This document shows, in pieces, positions 39,190 to 52,105 of a DNA stretch of 64,000 bases. Source of the DNA: Octopus sinensis (taxonomy: Eukaryota); the NCBI RefSeq assembly GCF_006345805.1, contig NC_043005.1, positions 2,790,001 to 2,854,000 on the forward strand, written 5' to 3'. Made by a program: the position numbers and the translations under genes. Under the pieces are notes generated by a model. It ran no database searches. It worked only from the letters and a program-made list of their open reading frames with translations, and was not told the origin of the DNA. Each line of letters begins with the position of its first letter. The stretch's first letter is position 1.

Positions 39190-41499
39190 GGAGGCAGTGT
39201 GGCAGAAAATGTAGAATGCCAGATGGATTTCTTTGTTGTATTTAAGTTATATCTTTATGTTCTGAGTTCAGATCCTCTGTTCATCCTTCTGGGGTTTATG
39301 AGATAATATACCAGTCATATATTAAGCTCAGTTTTAGTTGACACCCCTACCACCCTCATCCCTTCATTCATAATTGTGAACCTTTGGCCCATATCAGGAA
39401 TTTCCTTTCATTCTTGGAGCGAGTTCACTTCATAAACATTGCCACTTTGATTCTGTTTCCTAAACTGCTTGCTGTGCATACCTGTTAGAAAAAATTGTAA
39501 TTAACATCCCACAGGTGCAATAGAGCTATATTGTTGATCCACTGACAGAATCCTTCAATGAAGGACTAAGTACCTTGTAGTCTTTTAGTCCTCTCCTCAT
39601 ACATCAGGTAGGGAGGGGGTGTCAAATATCTCCAGAGACAACTTTGTCTTTCATTTGCTCCAAGGGGTCATAAAATTGGGGGAATATTTGGTGGACTTCT
39701 ATAAATTTCAGTCTTATTCTATTATTAGCATCTCTGTCATCTAAAAATAACTTAATTTTAATATATGTTTTGATATATTGAGTTTTGTTTAGAAGGGAGG
39801 GTGGATGGAGGGTGCAGAAACTTGGGAACTATATTTAGAAGACATCAAGAGAACCATTTTCATCATCTAAAAAACAAAAACAAAACTAAATTACATTTTA
39901 AATTCAGTTTCACTGCAACAGTTATTGTAGTTGGGGTCAGTGGAATTGTTCTTGGACCTTAATTTTTGACACCTCAAAAAATAAGGCAAATTTAACAGTT
40001 TTAATGCATTTTGAAATGGTTAAAAGGGTCATTCTACAATATACCATAGTTTAACGTGTGTAAGGAACCCCCTAGTTTTGAGGGCCCAAAATTTAGAAAA
40101 AAAAGGATTATGATACTATCCATGTATAAGAAACTCGGATTTTTTTTTTAACCTAATTTTTGTTTTTAATACACAATCTCCAATCTCGTCACATACTCGA
40201 CAAGTACAACAGCACGAATAAATGTGTATTGGGAAAACAATGACAAAACAAGTGGAAGGAATGATAATTGCAGTTGTCTCCCTTGTTGCGCTGTGAACTT
40301 TTATCAAAAGAAGTAAGAAAGGGCTGGGACGGGTAAAGCTTGATGACCTGGTGGTAGTACAGCTGGAAAAGTGTCTCTGATGATGATGGTGGTAGACGTG
40401 TCTGTGTGGTGAGAAGGTTACTCTCCAACCGTATGGTTCCAGGTTCAATCTTACTGCATGGCACCATGGGGCAAGTGCCTTCTCTTACAGCTCTGGGCAG
40501 AACTAAACATTTGAGTGAATTTTGGAGTCAGAAATTGAAAGAAGCTCGTCCTGTGTGCGTGTGTGTGTGTATGCATATATATGTGTGTGTGTGTGTGTTA
40601 CTTTCTCTGTTTGACATTGCATGAGTTTTAAACGAGTCACCATCATTTAAGCAGTGGAAACGTGTCTGGTGATGGAGGAAGGTTATCTGGTTGAGCATCT
40701 GGCTGTAGAAACTCTCCACCTCAACAGTATTCTGTCCAACTCATGTAAGCAAGTGGGCATTAAAACAGTGATGAAGATTATGTGTGTGTGTGTGTCATTG
40801 CCAGTACTGCCTGACTGGCCCCTGTGCCAGTGGTATGTAAAAAGCACCCACTACATTCTCGGAGTGGTTGGCATTAGGAAGGGAATCCAGCTGTAGAAAC
40901 TCTGCCAAATCAAGATGGGAGTCTGGTTCGCCAGCCCTCAGTCAAAATCGTCCAACCCATGCTAGCATGGAAAGCGGACGTTAAACGATGATGATCCATC
41001 CATGTAAAAGTGGGTGTTGTGTGTTAGAACACAAAATACTGCGATAGCTACCCCGAGGGAACATCTCCTATGGGCTCGTGCTGCATATAAACACTCAGTC
41101 CATATTTTTTTATTCTTTTAGTTGTTTCAGTCATTTAACTGCAGCCATGCTGGAGCACCGCCTTTAGTCGAACAAATCGACCCCAGGACTTACTCTTTGT
41201 AAGCCTAATACTTATTCTATCGGTTTCTTTTGCTGAACCACTAAGTTACGGGGACGTAAACACACCAGCATCAGTTGTCAAGTGATGTTGCGTTGCCGGG
41301 TCATGGTGCTAGTTTGGTATAAATTTGTTAAATTATAAATTTGGGGTAATAAAACATACAATGACATATTAAAAAGATGAATTAAAATTCCAGAGAAAAA
41401 TACATAGAAGACAATTATACAAATTTACAAAAATACATAAAAGTTCATCAATTAATATGAAACATATCATATATTTGAAATTGACACTCCCTTCGTCAG

Positions 41500-41650
41500 G
41501 ATGTTTTTTACACACAACACATAGTAGACGGAAACAAATGCACAATTACATACCTGCTACATGCGAAAGACCAGACATTACGTACTCCCCAAAATTCTCA
41601 TAGATACTGAATGCTACTTTATAAGCATATAATTCAATCTAGCAGCTATA
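41500..41650 (+). mobile_element. Decayed Penelope-like GIY-YIG C-terminal remnant
   Basis: One frame reads AQLHTCYMRKTRHYVLPKILIDTECYFISI*FNL, resembling the PLE end EHL.TC..G.TP.F.VLP ... TE.YFI..F.P.LN. An AT-rich 3'UTR-like tract follows. Confidence 0.35.
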
Positions 41651-42256
41651 GTAAATGGTATGAGCACATCTCCATCTGGACTAATTCACTTCTGCACTCA
41701 ATTAAAATTTTGATCTTTTAATTTCTCCCATTCATGCAAAGCCACATATTCGAGTTCAAGTCCTTGATACATTTGATACTAATTGCTGTTTTATTTTTTA
41801 ATTGTTATATTACAATTTAATTACCATATTTTAGTTTTATTTTAATTACTACTTACTATATTTGCTATATTTAATTCAATTGTTATTATTACCTCTAACT
41901 TTTATTGCTATTTTTATTTCTAAATTTCTTATGGAACGTCGAGTGGATCTTATGCGTACAATATATTTCTATATGATGTTTATATATTTATATATTACTA
42001 TATATTTCTAAACGTCGGGCTTTATATCTGTTCTGTAGATATAAATGAATATATGAATATATGTATGTGTTTGATCTTTCTGTGGATTTTGTAGTGCTTT
42101 TGTAGTTGCTGCTCGCATTACCTCCCCTCGGATTAAAAAGTGTATTCAGCTCATTTGAGCACTACTGTTCCAGTCTCTTATATATTTTGAGCGTTGTTGT
42201 CACTAACGATCTCAAGATATAACTTTATATATATATATATTTATTTTATAGAAGGC

Positions 42257-42306
42257 GCTTCTACAGGACTAGAACTGTTTCATTCAAATGAAATCATCAG
42301 GAAGCT
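42257..42306 (-). ncRNA. Type I hammerhead ribozyme motif (mirror copy)
   Basis: Reverse complement of 42557-42606 with an identical core and a 5-bp stem I. Confidence 0.8.
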
Positions 42307-42556
42307 TGCTGTCAAAATAAGATCTGGCATTTATACATTTAGGCAGATTTAATGGGGTGGTGGTGGGGGACATTTTTTTTGGGTAAGCAGGGCACAAACT
42401 GTCTTTCTGTATTCATTTATTTACTTTATCACTGATTCTTTTGACCACTCCCCTAAGAAAGACAGTTTGTGCCCTGCTTACCCAAAAAAATGTCCCCCAC
42501 CACCACCCCATTAAATCTGCCTAAATGTATAAATGCCAGATCTTATTTTGACAGCA

Positions 42557-42607
42557 AGCTTCCTGATGATTTCATTTGAATGAAACAGTTCTAGTCCTGT
42601 AGAAGCT
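42557..42607 (+). ncRNA. Type I hammerhead ribozyme motif
   Basis: Stem I agcttc/gaagct, core CTGATGA (42563-42569), stem II t-TTC-attt-GAA-t, GAAA, stem III ACAG/CTGT with loop ttctagtc, and cleavage triplet GUA (after 42601). Confidence 0.8.
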
Positions 42608-42690
42608 CCTTCTATAAAATAAATTAATTTACTCTGCTATGTATTGAGTACCTTATTTACTGTGGTTAACCCCGACTCAACCCGGGACCT

Positions 42691-42731
<41 letters not shown>

Positions 42732-44629
42732 CATATACATACAATAGAGAGATGTTTTTGTTTCACTTTTAACATGTAATACTGAAGTAGTGGAGAAGAT
42801 ATGATATTGCTGTGGGCTCGCCCTAGGCAAGAAGTTAAACATTTTTTTTTGCCCATGACACTACATGGACCTTAAGTAAGGCATGTGTAAAATTTTAATG
42901 AAATTGCTTGTGTAGTTCTCAAGTTTTAGGGAAACACACAGACAGACAGTCAGACACACATTCTCAGTTTTATATATATATAGAAATATTTGATGGGCTT
43001 CTATCAGTTTCCATCTACCAAATCCACTCAAGGTTTTGGTCTGCTCAAGGCTATAGTGGAAGAAACTTGCCCAAGGTACCACGCAGTGGGACTGAACCCC
43101 GAACCATGTGACAGTTTTCTCTCAGTAAATAACTCGGCATTCTCACAACATCCACTTTTTTTAAGTAGGGATTAACATTACCTTTTGGTATTGGAACCGT
43201 TTCTGTCATATATTGTGTGTGTGCTTCTGCTGTTGTAATACGCAGGTATGTCATGTGTTTATGTGTGTGTGTATACCTGTGATATATATGACAGGCTTCT
43301 GCACAATTTCCTTTCATTTAATTCCAATGAAAGGCATCTGTATATGGCAAGCTGGCAGAAGTGTTAGCACGTCAGGCAACATGCTTAGTGGTATTTCATC
43401 TGTCTTTACATTCTGAGTTCAAATTCCACCCAGATCGACTTTGCCTTTCATCCTTTCGGGGTCAATAAATTAAGTACCTGTTGTGTATGGAGTCGATCTA
43501 ATTGACTGGCCCCTCCCCAAAAATCTTGGGCCTTGTTCCTAGAGTAGAAAACACTGAAAGACAGCAGAAGTTACTTGCCCCAGCTACTGCTGCACAGTTC
43601 TATCGAATTTGATCTTCTTATTCTCTTAAAAGTGAAGGGTGTATTTGTTGGCTTATTTAAACATAGAAATTCCTGCCAATTAATAGTAGGTCTTCGTTAG
43701 GACTTCAAACTTCATCCAGGTCAGAGTCTAAGGTTGAGAAACTCTAGACATTGAGAAGAATTGAGTTAGCTGTTACCTGATACAGTCTCAGGTTTGTTCA
43801 GACTGGGAACTTGTAGCACCTGCAATGGTTACAGAGAAAACGGCATTGCTAAATCACTCTAACCTGAGAGAGGGTCCTAGGTTTGGCATCAGCCTGTTGC
43901 CATCTAGACAGTTGCTTTGCAGGAGGAATCTGAAAGTCTAAAGACTAAGGAACAACACGGCACAGAAGAAGGGCTGCTTCTTTGCAGGTAGGATTAGGGA
44001 AATCAGGGTCTAAGAGATGAACTCTGATAGAGAAGGAACTGTACCTTCAATTTAACAAGATGGAGTTACAATGCAACAAGATTTGGGTTGGGTTATGCAA
44101 TGAACTGGCAGAGTTGTTAGCAAGGTTGAGCAAAATGCTTAGCAGTTTTACCAAAGTTGACTTTGCCTTTCATCCTTTCGAGATCGATAAAATAAGTACC
44201 AGTTATGCACTGGGATTAATGTAGTCGACTTACACCCCCCCCCATCCCTGAAATTGCTGGCCTTGATCAAAATTTGAAACCAATATTAGGTTGCTATGAC
44301 AATGATGGAATGTTCCTGAATCTTGCAAGACAATCCAACTTTGATTATTGACAGGGACGACAAAGGAAGTCACATTTGTCCTTCAAAATGGCTCCTTAAT
44401 TGTCAGCACATTCAACACAAGAAGGTCGACCATTTCTGTTAAACCCCCACCTCACCAAAAAAACTTGCCATCAGTGTCCATATGTATAGCATTGGTATTG
44501 TGCAGCAATATCGAAGCCTACGTGTGTGTGTGTGTGTGTGTGCTTTTTGTTTAAAGTATCACACAAACAAAAAACTGAGCAACAACAGGAAGAATCAGTT
44601 TTGAGTAAAAAACTCTGTTTACTGAGTAC

Positions 44630-46930
44630 TTCTCCCTCTCAATCCCTCCATCGTCTCACCCATCAGAACAAGGTCATCCACATACAGTATCTCCATCACC
44701 AATCCCTCTCTTGCACTCTCCAACACAACATCAACCACTATTGCAAACAACAATGGTGACAACACAGATCCCTGGTGCACACCAACTTTCACTGCTCTGA
44801 TCCAATTCTAACTCTTGTCTTTACCCCCTCATGCAAACTCATCACTGCCCTCACTATTATCTCTAGTAGACCCCTCTTCTTCAATGTCCACTCAATCACC
44901 TTACTTGGAACCCTATCAAATGCCTTCTCCAGATCAACAAAGCACGTGTACAACTCCTCCTCCTTATCTCGGTATTCCTCTTGCAATCTCCTTGCAAGGA
45001 ACTCTGCATCTATTGTCCCCCTTCCTGGCATAAAACCAAATTGCATCTCATCCACATCCATCCCTTTCCGAATTCTCTTCTCCAACACCCTGTCCACCAT
45101 CTTCATTTCATGCTCCAATAACTTCTCTATATGCTCCACAGCTCATCACATACCTCTTCCCCTTGAAAATTGGTACCCAGTCCCCTGGCATTCCTCTTCC
45201 ATCCAGCACACCCTGCCAGAGCTCCATCATCACAACAACCCCTATCTCTCCACTTACTTCTGATGGACCAGCTGCCCTTTCCTATTTTCTTTTCCTCCAC
45301 TACTTCTTCCCGACTAACCCTCTCCACTGACCCCTTCACCACAGCAGCTCCCACCCTCTGATCCCTCCCTCCATATGCTCCTTCCAAACACTTCCCCTGT
45401 CCTTCTCACTAAAATTCAGCCTTCCCTCACTCCCCCCCACACGCATCTTCCTCCCTCAACATCTCTTCCATCTTTTTCCATTGATTTAATAAACCTAAAC
45501 ACCCTTTCTGGCTTCTCATCCACCCCACTCAACCTCTCCTCAGCCTCCTTCCTCATAAATCTCGCAACCACCCCCTTTGCACGATTCTCCATCTTATTAT
45601 CCCAGGCTTTCATTTGCTCCCTCCTATTATTACAGAAAGCTTTGTGCGCCTCCTTCTTCCTTGCTATCTCATCCCTCACCTCCTCATTCCACCATCACGT
45701 AGCTCCTCGATCTCTCCTGCCCTTCGTCCTTCCACACACTTTGTCACATGCCTTTAGTACCCCTTCTTTAAAGGACTTCCACAAATCCAGTGAATCAACC
45801 CTTACCAACTCTCCAACTCTCTCCTCAAACCTTGCTCTTGTTTCTTCTTCCTCCAGTTTCCACACCTTTCTCCTCTTAACCGTTCCCTTTCTCACACACT
45901 TTTTAACTTTCTTCTTATCCAAGTCAACAACCACCAACCTGTGCTGCAACTCCCCCTGGTATTGTCTTCACATCTCTCAGATACTTTCTGTTTTTCCTGC
46001 CAACCAACAGGAAATCAATCTCTGTCTCATTCCCTCCTGCACTGAAAGTCACCTTCCTTTTCTCTGCTTTCCTAAATCACGTATTCACCACACACCATTC
46101 TTTCTCATCACAAAACTCCAACAGCATCCTTCTGTCCACACTTCTCTCCCTAATTCCGTTTCCCCCATGCACACCCCAAAGCCCTGGATCCATTTCCCAA
46201 CATCTCCATAGAATCACCCATGCCCAAAACCAATTCATCTGCCTTTTGTAAGTCCCACTCATTCGCCATTTCATCAAAGAACTACACTTTCTCAGCGATC
46301 CCTCGTCCACTTTGCAGACCATACCCACAAATCACCCTCACCACTTCTTCCTCAAATGTCATCACTCTGTCACTCTTTCTCTTGACCTCCACCACCTTCT
46401 CACAGATTTCTTCCTTCACCAAAACTCCCATAACTCTAGTCCCCTTGTTATTTCCCAACCACCACAACTTGTACGTTTTTCCCTTGACCCCCACAAATCT
46501 TGCACCCTGGCCCCTCCACCTAACCTCCTGCACACAGCACACATCCACCTTCCTCTTCCTCAATTTCTTACACACCCCAGTTTCCCTTCCATGCAGACTG
46601 ACCGCATTCCAACTTCCCAACCTCACCCCAAGCTTCTCCTCAGGCCTTTGGCCATCACCAAGTAAGTCTTGCATGCGCAACTCAGGATGAGGTTTTGCAC
46701 TTTTCTTTTGAGGTAGGCAGGTGCATCCCACCCCAACCTTTGGGCTGGCTGGTGCCCATTCTCCTTTGCTATCATGAGGCTTTTTGGAGCTGGATTTTCT
46801 ACGGGGAGCATGCCCTTGCTTACCTCCAACCTCAGTTTCTAGACATGAGTGGTCCCAAGACCAAGGCCTCTACCACGATTTTTAAGAAATGTGGTGGAAA
46901 ACTAGCTCAGGAAGGCAGGAACGCTACTCC
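44630..46930 (-). mobile_element. RTE-clade LINE: 5'UTR, AP endonuclease and RT up to the catalytic motif; frameshifted and 3'-truncated
   Basis: APE: VRLGSWNAVSLHG...VDVCCVQEVRWRGQGAR...GVLV. RT: EMQFGFMPGRGTIDA...FVDLEKAFDRVP...and LYVDDLVL near 44670-44690. Confidence 0.92.
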
Positions 46931-47129
46931 CTGAGACCCCTTTCGGCGACCCCTACCTATTGGCTCTTAACTCTTAACATTCTGTGTTCAAATCCCACCG
47001 AGGCTAACTTTGTCTTTGATCCTTCTGGGGTCGTTAATGTAAAAACTAATAAAATTCCGAGGTTGATTGAATCCTTTTGATTATTGGCCGCTGCCTCCGT
47101 CAGTGATTAGCTGAAACTTGTTCTTTATG

Positions 47130-49450
47130 TATTTTTCTACTGAAGGATGACGACGACTTTTGAGTCAGAGAAGTCAGCATTTGCCAAACAAGGGTTTAGT
47201 ATAGACTTTGTCTTGTAATATTGAAAAATATTATAACTGGAACGTTTTAGTGGTGACGTGTGTGGGGGTGGGAGGTGAGGAACAAGAGCGACAACGATTG
47301 CAAGGAGGCAATAAGTGTCGATGAAAATCAGCCACCGATTCGAAGAACCTTCTGCACGAGTACAATGGGAAACTTTCAAAAATTCTTGACCGGACAGTAT
47401 TATCAGTAGGCGTTGCTGGTTCATGGTAAACTCTACAAGCGTGACTATGACCCTGTCAGAAAGATCGATCTTAAATGCACGCGAGATGACAAGACTGTTC
47501 TGCACACACTCATTCAAAATATGAGCATTGTTGACTCATGGAGTCATATCGGCCAAATGTGGAGTCAAGTTGACCAACTATCAGCTGAACCCATTGGGAT
47601 TATATTCTCTAAACATCAAATGATGGTGGGGGACGAATCTGGTTTGAGATTAAAAGACGTTTTTACAAAGAGCAGACGGGAAATGCTGTTGGAATTCAGA
47701 CGAGTGTGTCAACAACTATGATAAGTTTAAGCAATTAAAGAAGAGAAACGAAAGTACATCCTGTTGGCTGCCATAGAAAAAGAATCACAGACACAAATAA
47801 AAGAGGTTCGTTTGCAGTTTCTCGTAAGAGTTTTGGAAATATGATGGCAACAAAGAAACTTCAACCGAACTGTTGGAGGTATATCCCAAATTAATTACAT
47901 GTGATATGAAATAAGGTGAAGATGGAATTTGTGGGTCAAAGTCAGAAATCAAAGAGGAATTGTCATTGTTGTTGGAATAAGACAGAGATACAAATAAGAG
48001 CACGAAAGTTAGAGAGCGTCTCGACATTATAGGACTTATATCTTCGAAGAAGATCAGGAACAAGCTGTTTCTCAGTAGCAGAGGTGCTTAGCAGAAACAA
48101 AGTAAGTGAAGCCATGACCTTAGATGGGGTAGGATCAGTTCTGACGAAATAATTTAGATTCTTTTATATTTTCCAAAACTATTTGGTTAAATTGAAAAGC
48201 CACAGCTAGGGAGTCTAAAGCCTTCACCAAGAATTGGCAAAATAACATAAATTGTTACTGAAAGTTGTGGCATCGTGGACGGCTGCCCGAAATGAATCTC
48301 GTAGAAACTGGTTGGCCTGAAAAAATGGCAAACAAACTTTAACTTGATCCATGCTGACCGGGAGTCGCAAATTCGCCAGAGAGTAGAAAACAAAAGGTGG
48401 ACGAGAAGCAGAAACTGAATTGGGTTGCATCACAAGACTTGTGTGATTCAGGAAGAAAATTATTCAGACCAAACTTTACCATAAAAAAAATATCAAGTCA
48501 GCAATGGGAGTTCCTACGCTGTCACTGGTCATTGCAGAAACAGCAGCCAAGTCTCCCTTAATTCACAACTATCTTAAGAAAAAGAAAAGGACATACTAGA
48601 TCATTTAGCCCCCAGAATCCACCAAAGGGTTATATCACCACGGTTGTAATCCGTTTGACTTTACGATTCGAGTTGACTCAGGCTCTAAACAACAACAACA
48701 ACAACGACAACAAACATAGAAGTTAAAGAAGGACTCTGACGAATGCTTGTTACGTAAGGTTGGACACAATGTCGGTGAAGACGGCCAGAATCGAATCCCG
48801 CTTCACGTTAAAGATCTCCCACTATAAACAAGTTCAATGCCCAACTCACTCGGCCGATTTCTTTTTTGTTCCTTGCTTGGCTTAGTTCATCAGCCTCACC
48901 TGTTATTTCTGAACATTTTTATTGTCAAGGTTTTTTTTTAAAAGTGAATTCACCCCCCCCACCCCCTACTTCATGTCCTCTGATACACAAAATGGAGTCT
49001 GACTGAGCTGATGAGATCACAATCTCTTCAATCACTTTGGAATAAACGTTGGCGATTCTCTGGGAAAGTAAGAAATGGCAACATGGCTGACAGCTGTTGT
49101 GAACAGCAGAGTGTCCCGTGAACGGTGAACCTTTGATATACATGGACGTGATGACCACAGCTCGATTTCGGGAAACGCCACTGCTTCGTTGTTCTCCCAA
49201 AGCAGCAGGAATGTGACTTTTGAGTTCTGCTTTGGACCAACATTTCTTGGCACTGATGTAGCAACGATGGACGCTTCTTGCAGTTGGCGTTCAGAGAGCT
49301 GACTACCCATGCTGACACATAATGCCTTCACCCTATTCACGGTGGGTCTTTTACCATTTTTTCGGTTACGACCAGCCAAACTATACGACACATAATAAGC
49401 GATGCTTGTTTGAAGCTTTTTTTAAAGTGAGGAGAGGCCTTACACAGCAC
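47130..49450 (-). mobile_element. Possible highly decayed Penelope-like element
   Basis: Scattered weak similarities on the minus strand: RT-thumb-like FLLLWENNEAVAFPEIEL, linker-like NLKPDSSP and GIY-YIG-like HLADMTP*VNNAHI. No intact motif. Confidence 0.3.
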
Positions 49451-49675
49451 CAACAAACACTCTAAACGATGAATGCATTTGCCAAAAAGAAGACCTAGTC
49501 TACAGTGCTTCTCAGTCGGGGTCCAAAAGAGTAAATTGAGGATCTACAGTAGTACTTAAAGGGTCCATGAAAAGACATTGCATGAAACATGTATTGCTAA
49601 AAAACAAGTCAGTTTCTTTCACGTTTTACATAATTAAGTCATGTTCTCAGAGAGAGTGAGAGGGAGAGAGAGAGA

Positions 49676-49750
<75 letters not shown>

Positions 49751-50639
49751 CTATTGCAAACTGACACAAGTGAACGGGTGAAAGACGAAATACAAAATTT
49801 GAAAGAAGTTTCGGTAAAATTAACTTTTAAACCTTGAATGGCCACGAGAGTCCACCAACATAAAAGAGAAATCAAAGGGATCCACAAGCAAAGAAAAGCT
49901 GAGAACTACTGGTCGTCATCACTGGATACAAAGAAAGTCACAGGCGTTACATCAAAGATGTCGTCTCCCCAGGGAGAATGCCTAAACAATGAGCAGGGGT
50001 CTCCCGCCCCCAGCTGTTAGATGGTCGTTGGCTCTACTGAGTTCATACACACATACTCTCTCTCTCCCACATACGGACACATATGTATATGCAAATATAT
50101 ACACACACACATAACTGAGTGAAGAAACGAAAGCAAGTGGCATACAATACATTTAACAGGCGTCACATAAATTAGTTTCAAATCTCGCCGCCAGGACAGA
50201 AATTTCTGAGGAGAGTGTAAACCGATTACATCGACCCTCCCCAATGCTTAACTGGTACTTATTTTATCGACCGGGAAAGAGATGACAGGAAAAGTCGACT
50301 TTGGCAGAATTTGAACTCAGAACGTAAAAACGGAACCCGGTGCGTTAACAATTCTTATGTCTTTATTGCCCACAAGGGGCTAAACACAGAGGGGACAAAC
50401 AAGGACAGACGAACGGATAAAGTCGATTACATCGACCACAGTCCGTAACTGTTGCTTAATTAATCGACCACCGAAGGATGAAAGGCAAAGTCGACATCGG
50501 CGGAATTTGAACTCAGAACGCAGCGGCAGACAAAATACCACAAAGCATTTCGCCCGGCGTGCTAACGTTTCTACCAGTTCGCCGCCTTAGGAATTACATG
50601 TATTATTTTACATAGGGCTCAGCCAAACTGATATCTATA

Positions 50640-51659
50640 TATACATTTGAAGGTATATATATACATAACACACACACCACACACACACCATATATATATA
50701 TATATATAATATATATATATATATGTGTATATGTATATGTATGTGTATATATATATATATGTATGTGTATATATATATATATGTATGTGTATATATATAT
50801 TATATATATTATAGTATATATATGTATGTATATATTTATGTATATATATATATATGTATGTATATATATATGTATGTATATATATATGATGTATATATAT
50901 ATGTATGTATATATATATGTATATATATATATGTATGTATATATCTATATATATGTATGTATATATATATATATGTATGTATATATATGTATATGTATAT
51001 ATATATGTATGTATATGTATATATATGTATGTATGTATATATATATATAATCATGTATGTATATGCATGTGTGTATGTATGTATATATATGTATGTATGT
51101 ATGTATGTATATATATGTATGTATGTATATATATATGTATGTATGTATATATATGTATATATATGTATGTATATATATGTATGCATATATATATATAATA
51201 TATATATATGTATGCATGTATGTATATATATATATGTATGCATGTATGTATATATATATATATATGTATGTATATATGTATATATGTATATATGTATGCA
51301 TGTATGTATATATTTATGCATGTATGTATATATATATATATGTATGTATATATGTATGTATATATACATATATATGTATGCATGTATGTATATATACATA
51401 TATATGTATGCATGTATGTATATATACATATATATGTATGCATGTATGTATATATACATATATATGTATGCATGTATGTATATATACATATATATGTATG
51501 CATGTGTGTATATATACATATATATGTATGTATATGCATATATATGTACATATATGTATATATATACATATATATATATGTATATATACTATATATATAA
51601 TGTGTGTTTACATATATGTATGTTTTTATATGTGTGTGTGTATAGAAATATATATATAT

Positions 51660-51690
<31 letters not shown>

Positions 51691-51770
51691 TATCTATCTA
51701 TATAATATATCATATATATATATATATATATATATATCATAGATATTATATATATAATATATATATATAT

Positions 51771-51801
<31 letters not shown>

Positions 51802-52105
51802 CATATATATAGTATATATATATATATATATCATATATATATATATATATATATCATATATATTATATATATTATTATATATATCATATATAATATATAT
51901 ATATATCATATATCTATAATTATATATATATATATATCATATATATATAATATATTATATATATATCATATATATTATATATCTATATATATATATATCT
52001 ATTATATTATATATTCTATATATATCATCATATATTATAGCTATATATAATATATCCTATATAATATATATAGATATATATATTCATATATATATATATA
52101 TATAT
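50640..52105. repeat. ~1.5-kb (TA)n/(TATG)n/(TACA)n compound microsatellite
   Basis: Directly visible; it is the source of the MYIY pseudo-ORFs. Confidence 0.95.

Larger units (their letters stand above)
42240..42623. repeat. Near-perfect 169/168-bp inverted repeat with a 47-bp spacer
   Basis: 42240-42408 pairs with 42456-42623, differing by one substitution (42256) and one homopolymer length (T8 vs A7). Confidence 0.97.

Noticed and set aside
43700-44030. Short exon-like segments on the minus strand
   Set aside because: Plausible splice dinucleotides, but no recognisable peptide or consistent gene model.
44775-46690. Long plus-strand ORFs (e.g. 45375-46211, 278 aa)
   Set aside because: They are antisense shadows of the minus-strand RTE coding sequence.
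46880-46960. Possible HDV-like ribozyme at the RTE 5' end
   Set aside because: I could only build a simple hairpin (ctcaggg/tcctgag), not the nested double pseudoknot.
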